Below, piece by piece: positions 1 to 5,967 of a DNA stretch of 9,301 bases. A model generated the notes under the pieces. That model saw only the letters and a list, made by a program, of their open reading frames with translations, was not told where the DNA came from and searched no databases. Source of the stretch: a virus (lineage: Duplodnaviria; Heunggongvirae; Uroviricota; Caudoviricetes); the IMG/VR virus record IMGVR_UViG_2703719389_000008. One strand, given 5' to 3'. Numbering within the stretch: position 1 is the first letter of the stretch; each line of letters opens with the position of its first letter. Both the position numbers and the translations under genes were made by a program.

Positions 1-537
1 TTACGCATGCTTTTCGGTTCCGGCTCCACCAGTACCCGGGTATTGTGGAATACCAAAAAAAAAAATTGCGCCGGTACCATAACCACCAGCCCGAGTGTCA
101 ATCATCCATGCTGACAGGTTTTGATGAGCAAGTTGCCCGAGTGATTCGGATGTCTGGTCACGCAGCTGGTTGTCGCAGTGCCAGCACAACACCATTGCGC
201 CGGTACCATAACGGTGAATGACGGTTTCGCTGTGATGATAATCGCCGTGTGGCCACTGGCAGGATTTAATATGGCACAACAGCCAGTCAGACAATGCACC
301 AGCACCACCAGCAGCACGAATTACCCGTGCGTTACTGAAAAACGGCAGCAATGTTTTGTCTTCCACCAGCGGCTGGCGAACGGCAGGAACGACCCCGGAC
401 GGCAGATTACGCATGCTTTTCGGTTCCGGCTCCACCAGTACCCGGGTATTGTGGAATACCGGCATGGATTCACGGCCCGGCTTAACGACCACCATCCCGA
501 GTTCCGGTACCAGAACAGGTCGAAGTAATACCCGCAC
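1..537 (-). CDS. Hypothetical prophage protein (178 aa) with a Cys/His cluster resembling an HNH/NinG-like zinc-binding nuclease motif; 3' end is mosaic
   Basis: GTG start at 537 preceded by GGAGGT Shine-Dalgarno 4 nt upstream, immediately after the stop of the upstream 92-aa gene (translational coupling). Motif CHIKSC-x7-DYHH-x15-LCWHCDNQ. Last 54 nt (1..54) duplicate 407..460 in another frame, followed by an A11 run (55..65). TAA stop at 1..3. Confidence 0.45.
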   Translation of the reverse strand: MRVLLRPVLVPELGMVVVKPGRESMPVFHNTRVLVEPEPKSMRNLPSGVVPAVRQPLVEDKTLLPFFSNARVIRAAGGAGALSDWLLCHIKSCQWPHGDYHHSETVIHRYGTGAMVLCWHCDNQLRDQTSESLGQLAHQNLSAWMIDTRAGGYGTGAIFFFGIPQYPGTGGAGTEKHA

Positions 538-538
538 G

Positions 539-817
539 TTACCTCCAGATGCGTTGCTGGAATGTACGGGACGGACGCGGTGGGCGTTCGGAGTTAGGCA
601 ATCTGACTGAGATTATCCAGTGACGGTAGTCGAGACTAAGAGCTTTCTTAACCTCGTATCCGCGCCTGCGGTAACACTGAATTATCCATTCCGCCTGCTC
701 TTCAGTGCATGGAGGGTGCTGGAACCATTCAGACTTGAATGCGTGAGAATACCGCTCGTGCGTGCAGGCAAGAACGGGCGAATTATCAGAATTGTAATAT
801 TTTACGTTGCGTGCCAT
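539..817 (-). CDS. Hypothetical small prophage protein (92 aa), copy A of a duplicated gene
   Basis: ATG at 817 with GGAGA RBS. Paralog of 1601..1879: C-terminal 60 aa nearly identical, N-terminus diverged at protein level but keeping the frame, which supports this strand being coding. Confidence 0.5.
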   Translation of the reverse strand: MARNVKYYNSDNSPVLACTHERYSHAFKSEWFQHPPCTEEQAEWIIQCYRRRGYEVKKALSLDYRHWIISVRLPNSERPPRPSRTFQQRIWR

Positions 818-883
818 CGGTTTTCTCCGGTGGCACGGTGTTACTCAGCGGGAGTTCAGCCCCGCGCAAGATTGTAGATGAGT

Positions 884-1135
884 TTATTCTTCTGCAAAAG
901 CTGAAAAGCCTGCTTTTATTCCAATCTCTTTCAGTGCCTGTAATGAAGTGACAAACTCACCTTCGCGCAAGATAAATCCGTCTGTCACTCGACCATCCAC
1001 AAAATTAATTAACGCAGCCCCATTCTTTCGCAAACACATAATGCGGTAATGACTAACAAGATTTCCATTTTCAACGCACACAGCATAGAGGCCATCTTCA
1101 CAAAAAATTTTACGCAGTTCTTCGATGTTCATCAT
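884..1135 (-). CDS. Hypothetical small prophage protein (83 aa)
   Basis: ATG-ATG start at 1135 with GGAAGGA RBS 5 nt upstream; non-repetitive, balanced composition; lies between the two repeat units. Size and position next to hok recall Rem of Qin but this is not verified. Confidence 0.5.
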   Translation of the reverse strand: MMNIEELRKIFCEDGLYAVCVENGNLVSHYRIMCLRKNGAALINFVDGRVTDGFILREGEFVTSLQALKEIGIKAGFSAFAEE

Positions 1136-1200
1136 CAGAATCCTTCCGGATAATTAGCTCTCCCCTTTAAGGGACCATCCCTCTTATCCCTGCGCGCTAC

Positions 1201-1599
1201 TTAAGTATTTTTGATTCTATTCCGGCACTGGTTGTCGCAGTGCCAGCACAACACCATTGCGCCGGTACCATAACGGTGAATGACGGTTTCGCTGTGATGA
1301 TAATCGCCGTGTGGCCACTGGCAGGATTTAATATGGCGCAACAGCCAGTCAGACAATGCACCAGCACCACCAGCAGCACGAATCACCCGTGCGTTACTGA
1401 AAAACGGCAGCAATGTTTTGTCTTCCACCAGCGGCTGGCGAACGGCAGGAACGACCCCGGACGGCAGATTACGCATGCTTTTCGGTTCCGGCTCCACCAG
1501 TACCCGGGTATTGTGGAATACCGGCATGGATTCACGGCCCGGCTTAACGATCACCAGCCCGAGTTCCGGTACCAGAACAGGTCGAAGTAATACCCGCAC
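1201..1599 (-). CDS. 3'-truncated paralog (132 aa) of the 1..537 HNH/NinG-like gene; probable gene remnant
   Basis: Same GTG start and Shine-Dalgarno context as copy A. Near-identical to copy A through the CWHCDNQ motif, then ends after 7 more codons exactly where the repeat homology stops (about 1228). Confidence 0.4.
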   Translation of the reverse strand: MRVLLRPVLVPELGLVIVKPGRESMPVFHNTRVLVEPEPKSMRNLPSGVVPAVRQPLVEDKTLLPFFSNARVIRAAGGAGALSDWLLRHIKSCQWPHGDYHHSETVIHRYGTGAMVLCWHCDNQCRNRIKNT

Positions 1600-1600
1600 G

Positions 1601-1879
1601 TTACCTCCAGATGCGTTGCTGGAATGTGCGGGACGGACGCGGTGGGCGTTCGGAGTAAGGGAGTCTGACTGAGATTATCCAGTGACGATAGTCGAGACTA
1701 AGAGCTTTCTTAACCTCGTATCCACGCCTGCGGTAACACTGAATTATCCATTCAGCCTGCTCTTCAGTGCATGGAGGATGCTGGAACCAGTCTGATGTGA
1801 ATGCGTGAAAACGCCGTCCGCACCTGCTGGCAAAGACAGCAGAATCATTAGAATTGTGTAATTTGGTATCGTGCGCCAT
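1601..1879 (-). CDS. Hypothetical small prophage protein (92 aa), copy B of the duplicated gene
   Basis: Start chosen at the internal ATG (1879) that aligns with the copy A start (MAHDTKL vs MARNVKY). The longer 1601..2008 ORF in the track would read through a rho-independent terminator. Confidence 0.5.
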   Translation of the reverse strand: MAHDTKLHNSNDSAVFASRCGRRFHAFTSDWFQHPPCTEEQAEWIIQCYRRRGYEVKKALSLDYRHWIISVRLPYSERPPRPSRTFQQRIWR

Positions 1880-1950
1880 CGGTTGTCTCTGCTGGCGCAG
1901 CAGGTGCCAGTTGTTCAGGCTGGCGTGCGAATTGTAAACCAGAATGCCAG

Positions 1951-1978
1951 GAAAAAACAAAACCCGCCGAAGCGGGTT
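1951..1978 (-). terminator. Rho-independent terminator downstream of hok
   Basis: On the minus strand: AACCCGC-TTCG-GCGGGTT (7-bp stem, UUCG tetraloop) followed by TTGTTTTTTCC, about 70 nt after the hok stop. Confidence 0.65.
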
Positions 1979-2046
1979 AAGTGCGGGTGCATTGAGGATG
2001 CCTGACACATCAGAGGTGGCGAGGGATTTCTCCCCCGCCTGGTCTC

Positions 2047-2202
2047 TTACTCCTCAGGTTCGTAAGCTGTGAAGACAGCGACCTCCGTCTGGCCGGTTCG
2101 GATTCGTACCTCGCAGAGGTCTTTCCTCGTTACCAGTGTCGTCACTATGACGGTTAAACAGATGACGATCAGGACGATTAACATCGCCTTTTGCTGCTTC
2201 AT
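2047..2202 (-). CDS. hokD: Hok/Gef-family small membrane toxin (51 aa)
   Basis: Translation MKQQKAMLIVLIVICLTVIVTTLVTRKDLCEVRIRTGQTEVAVFTAYEPEE: Hok-family hydrophobic helix plus conserved RKxLCE and AYE motifs, close to my recollection of HokD/RelF. AAGGAG RBS 9 nt upstream of ATG 2202. The in-frame upstream ATG at 2259 is treated as leader. Confidence 0.85.
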   Translation of the reverse strand: MKQQKAMLIVLIVICLTVIVTTLVTRKDLCEVRIRTGQTEVAVFTAYEPEE

Positions 2203-2479
2203 AGCCTGCTTCTCCTTGCCTTTCGGCACGTAAGAGGCTAACCTAGATTTGCCGTTCATAGATTGAGCCTCAGATTAATGTTAAGCGTCTTGCAGGACGC
2301 GTAATGTTAACTGGGGCTTTTCTCTATCTGCCTTTGGTGTTCATGCCTGAGACAGATAGCCTCAAGCACCCGCAGCCATTCTACTTAACTCCCGTCACCT
2401 CGCCAATATGAAATCAATCAGAAAGGCGAACCATAAGAGCAATAGCAAGACAATAAGGCCCGCATGGTCGTACAAAGAC

Positions 2480-5278
2480 TCAGGCACCGTGACATTTTTT
2501 GTACTTTATTCCCGAGCCACAGGGGCATTGTTCATTCCGGCCGACCGCACCAAAAACTTCAGTTAATTTAGTCTTTGCTGCTTTATGGGCAAGCTGTACG
2601 ATGTAATTTGATTGATTTTGGATTTCTTGACGCTGTACACCTGTGAGGCCTTCGATATAGGGAGCAAGGCGCTGCATTTCGACATCAGCTGCTTTATGCT
2701 GACCCGATAGTGCTAATATGACTGCGTATTGGCTTCGAACCTGAATCAGTCGATGTACTAGACCTGCCTCATTGACAACCGGCAGGACATGTTGCTCCAT
2801 GACTTCCTTGGCACCGTCGTAATCCTTTATGGCAACAAACTCATCCGCCAGATCTTGGCCCACCCTGACCATGGATTCCGGGGCCATGGCCAGATTGTAG
2901 AACTTCATCGAATGAATACGCAGTAATGGTGACAGTTTTCCCTGCGCATCACGAATTCTGGCCAGCAACTCCAGAGCATCAGCCATATGTTTAAAGTGTT
3001 CCTGCATATTTTCGGAATGATTAATAGTTTTCCATAATGCGTCGGCGTTTTTTCCTATGACATCAGCAGGTGTGATACCAAATAAAGAATAGTACCCTTG
3101 TATAACATTACAGCTTAATGTTTCAGCATCCTTGAGTTTTTTTAATCTCCAGAGTGCAATGGCATGGTTGTAGTCAAAGATGCGTTTATGTTCTTCATCT
3201 GGGAGTTGGGGGCGGACTTCCTGTGCCAGCTTTTGAACTTCTCGTGCATCATTGCTTTCTGCCGAAAATAACATTCGTTTCATTGCATAGGCCATCTCTT
3301 CTTGATAGCCGAACTTGTGCTCCGCAAGTAAAGCTCCCATGATGTTTAACCTCTGAGCAATGTGGTCGGATATTCCGTCTTTAAGCTCAACGAAAACAAG
3401 GCCATCCAATGCCCAGAATTTATGAACAGGTCCCAATAAGTCCGATGTTGCAGCACGCTCCAAGCTTGCAAGAATGTCGACCGTCACGCCCATCTCATAA
3501 AACATTTCTTGGCCTGAGAGTTCGATCAACGTCGTGACATCATTGAGCTTAATATAAAGTTGAGTCAACAACGATAACCGTTTTGTATTGCGGGTATTAT
3601 GAAGACTTTCAACTAAAAGGTCTTTCAGCGCTAGTAGCGCTTTGTTCGATATACCCTGATCCATCAGTTCCAGATGTTGCAGTCCTAGCCCCCTGACAGC
3701 ATCATGTACCTTCAGGGTCTGGTTTCCATAAATTTCAATAGTGCCAGTAGCGCGCATTTTCCTAATTAAAGAAGCAGCACTGCTTGGTGAAATGTTCAGC
3801 GAATTGATTAGGAGCGTAGAAATCTCTTCGCGACTCAGCCCTACGTCAGAGAGACTGAACAATGCCAGCGCGCTCTGAAGTAGTGATTCAAATCCCTGAA
3901 ATACACGTGACAGAATAATTTCTTGGGCGGTTTCCGCAGTATGGGTTTGTTGCTGGAGTTCAGCACACAGAGCATCGACATTACGCTCATAATCAGAAAC
4001 GGCGATTTTTGCGGCGCTCTCTACATACAGGGGAAGACCACCAGTGTAAGCCCGTAGCTGCTCGTATCCCATAGCGGTGGCAAATCCTCCGATATCGTTT
4101 ACAACGACAGCTACCGTATCGAGATTCCATCCCTGCAGGCCCTCGCGCTGTAGCCCCGTCATGACCTCCAGTTCGCGAACGTTTTCGTGAGGCTGGCACA
4201 ACAGCACAAAACGAATATGTGTAGTTGCATTCAGAACATCCAGTAGATTTTCCGCAGGTACACGATGGGCGTTATCCAGAACCAGCACCAAGGTGGTACC
4301 CTGCTCTTTCAGGTAGGTATCAAAACTCCTAAGAGCCTCAAAACCACTGGCACCGGGGAGCAAAATCCTGCGCAAACCGTCTTGGTCACGGGCTGTAAAT
4401 CTAGCAGCCATCTCGCGCACCAGCGTACTGGCCAGAGCTGGACCGGGAAGATCACCGGTGTCGTAATAAGCACAAAGTGCAGTGGAGTGTAATGCGGCCT
4501 GTGCGGCCCAAGCTGTCTTGCCTGCACCTGAGAGTCCACAAAGGATACGGATCCGCTCACCAGATGTGAGAGAAGGTTCTTCGTTCTGTGGGCGGTACAG
4601 TGCTGGTGGTGCAGGAAAGTCCTGTAGCTGAACGATCAACTGTTCAAATAGTTCAGTAAGTTCTTCCGTGAAAAACGTATGTTGTCCATTGGTATCGCCT
4701 CCGGTGGCGGCAAGCTGAACCAATCCTGCTAACTTCCAAATCAAGGATTCTGGGGACAATAGTGAAAATTTCAGCTTTTCTGCTTCTGCGATACACCATG
4801 TGGCCGCATCAGCCAGAGTACTCCATGCGGGCGGAAGTGCCGGGTGACGTCCAGCTGTCGACTGGGGCCAGACAATAAGAACATCAGAAGGAAGCTTTTT
4901 ATCGTCAATCATCTTCTGAAGCAGCGGTCCAGGCGCCTGGTTTACAATAATCACAAAAGAAGCCACCCCTTCGCGGTTTGCCGAAGTATGCTCATTTCTG
5001 AGCTTTACAAATCGCTCCAGAGCCCCCGACACATCGTTGGGCATAATAGGTTTTGAACGGGTTTTAACCTGAATGTAGAGACGTTCCTGTTTGGATTTCA
5101 GCTCAATATCCTCATCAAGCTCGACAGTTACTGAGTCCATAGCTGCCCTCTGCGCCAAAAGTAAGCAGCCTACAGCGTAAAGATGCTGGTAAAGGAACCC
5201 CCGGTGTACCGCTTCGATACGCACCAACTGCACAGGATCCAGTACGTCCAGATTTTGTTTGTTTTCACTTCCCCACAT
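2480..5278 (-). CDS. Large multidomain protein (932 aa): PD-(D/E)xK-like nuclease motif, STAND (NB-ARC-like) P-loop NTPase, TPR-like helical repeats, C-terminal SEC-C zinc ribbon; candidate NLR-like antiviral sensor
   Basis: Uninterrupted 2.8-kb ORF with AAGGAA RBS 6 nt upstream of ATG 5278. Walker A GLSGAGKT (nt 4514..4537, verified by translation), Walker B LVLVLDN (4271..4291, verified), GGLPL (about 4028..4042), VHD (aa 524-526), N-terminal D57...Q70-V-K72 (about 5063..5122), C-terminal CPCGSGIKYKKCH (2489..2527). Confidence 0.85.
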   Translation of the reverse strand: MWGSENKQNLDVLDPVQLVRIEAVHRGFLYQHLYAVGCLLLAQRAAMDSVTVELDEDIELKSKQERLYIQVKTRSKPIMPNDVSGALERFVKLRNEHTSANREGVASFVIIVNQAPGPLLQKMIDDKKLPSDVLIVWPQSTAGRHPALPPAWSTLADAATWCIAEAEKLKFSLLSPESLIWKLAGLVQLAATGGDTNGQHTFFTEELTELFEQLIVQLQDFPAPPALYRPQNEEPSLTSGERIRILCGLSGAGKTAWAAQAALHSTALCAYYDTGDLPGPALASTLVREMAARFTARDQDGLRRILLPGASGFEALRSFDTYLKEQGTTLVLVLDNAHRVPAENLLDVLNATTHIRFVLLCQPHENVRELEVMTGLQREGLQGWNLDTVAVVVNDIGGFATAMGYEQLRAYTGGLPLYVESAAKIAVSDYERNVDALCAELQQQTHTAETAQEIILSRVFQGFESLLQSALALFSLSDVGLSREEISTLLINSLNISPSSAASLIRKMRATGTIEIYGNQTLKVHDAVRGLGLQHLELMDQGISNKALLALKDLLVESLHNTRNTKRLSLLTQLYIKLNDVTTLIELSGQEMFYEMGVTVDILASLERAATSDLLGPVHKFWALDGLVFVELKDGISDHIAQRLNIMGALLAEHKFGYQEEMAYAMKRMLFSAESNDAREVQKLAQEVRPQLPDEEHKRIFDYNHAIALWRLKKLKDAETLSCNVIQGYYSLFGITPADVIGKNADALWKTINHSENMQEHFKHMADALELLARIRDAQGKLSPLLRIHSMKFYNLAMAPESMVRVGQDLADEFVAIKDYDGAKEVMEQHVLPVVNEAGLVHRLIQVRSQYAVILALSGQHKAADVEMQRLAPYIEGLTGVQRQEIQNQSNYIVQLAHKAAKTKLTEVFGAVGRNEQCPCGSGIKYKKCHGA

Positions 5279-5347
5279 GACCTATTCCTTGAGCTATTTG
5301 TTTGACGGACTCACATTAGTACTTCAATGTAATCAATTGAACTTGAA

Positions 5348-5377
5348 TTATAATTAAAAGAGGCAAAGAAAAGTCAT
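5348..5377 (-). promoter_or_regulatory. Candidate sigma70 promoter for the 932-aa gene
   Basis: On the minus strand ATGACT (-35-like), 19-bp spacer, TATAAT (-10) within an AT-rich 243-bp intergenic region. Sequence-only guess with a long spacer. Confidence 0.25.
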
Positions 5378-5521
5378 TTGGCCTATTCTCCGTTGATTAA
5401 TACAAACTAACGATACCAACGTTCACCTAGCTCAAAGCTGACAACCAGACTAGGTCTGGGCCTGTGCCATCGAAGTGTCAATTAATATCTGAACTAATGC
5501 TCTTTAATTTCGTCACTTCAA

Positions 5522-5773
5522 TTAATACCGAACATTTCCCTGATAAAATTCCAGTATGCGCTGCATAACTTCGCTCTGACGACACTCGCGACAAATTATA
5601 TTCTGTCGTCTGTTGTAACGGCGTATTTCGCCATCTAGCAATGAATAAATCAGGTCAGGGTCGCTCTTCTTTTTCACTGCCGCTCTCGACATTTTTTTTG
5701 CGGGCTTTTCCCCAGTCCTTACGAGCCTGCTCCGAAGGAAATATTCCATGTCCTGAACCATATACTGCGCCAC
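5522..5773 (-). CDS. Ren-like C-terminal segment; probably the downstream half of a frameshifted 135-aa gene
   Basis: C-terminus ...NIICRECRQSEVMQRILEFYQGNVRY resembles the lambda Ren C-terminus (KECRQSAAMKRVLAVYG, from memory). Overlaps 5655..5930 in the +1 frame across an A8 run. Confidence 0.45.
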   Translation of the reverse strand: MAQYMVQDMEYFLRSRLVRTGEKPAKKMSRAAVKKKSDPDLIYSLLDGEIRRYNRRQNIICRECRQSEVMQRILEFYQGNVRY

Positions 5774-5930
5774 TAACTACCAGCTCTTTCACCAGAACTT
5801 CTATCAGGTGTCTCGTCGCCCCGGTTTCATTTTCCAGTTGTTTACGCGTTTTTCGCCCATCTCTGCGTACCAGTTCCACAATGCGCGCCTTCACTTCTTC
5901 CCGCAGTTCGGGAGTAAAAACTTTTGCCAC
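5655..5930 (-). CDS. Small HTH-like protein; probably the upstream half of the frameshifted Ren-like gene
   Basis: 91-aa ORF. Frame changes relative to 5522..5773 at the A8 homopolymer (5692..5699); an A7 tract would give one continuous 135-aa ORF. Confidence 0.45.
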   Translation of the reverse strand: MAKVFTPELREEVKARIVELVRRDGRKTRKQLENETGATRHLIEVLVKELVVSGAVYGSGHGIFPSEQARKDWGKARKKNVESGSEKEERP

Positions 5931-5967
5931 AAGCCCTCCTGAAAATTACCCCATGACCTGAAATCTG

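Noticed and set aside
102-317. Short minus-strand ORFs in alternative frames (102..317 and its copy 1197..1379)
   Set aside because: Fully nested in other frames of the 178/132-aa genes with no independent start signals.
178-528. Plus-strand ORFs antisense to the repeat-unit genes (178..528, 356..610 and their copies 1240..1590, 1418..1672)
   Set aside because: Low-complexity or odd composition and no RBS; the minus-strand frames have strong Shine-Dalgarno sequences, translational coupling and frame-preserving divergence between paralogs.
620-951. Plus-strand ORFs 620..877 and 739..951
   Set aside because: Antisense to the 92-aa gene and the 83-aa gene; no RBS.
1601-2008. Extended 135-aa version of the copy B small gene
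   Set aside because: The extension reads through the hok terminator hairpin; the internal ATG at 1879 aligns with the paralog start.
2047-2259. 70-aa N-terminally extended Hok
   Set aside because: Hok-family toxins are about 50 aa and the internal ATG (2202) has the AAGGAG RBS; the upstream ATG may still have a regulatory role.
3154-5056. Short ORFs inside the STAND gene on either strand (3154..3342, 3993..4199, 4265..4492, 4309..4560, 4844..5056)
   Set aside because: All nested within the long uninterrupted 932-aa frame, which carries the conserved NTPase motifs.
5641-5961. Plus-strand ORF 5641..5961
   Set aside because: Antisense to the Ren-like gene; Ser/Thr-rich low-complexity translation.
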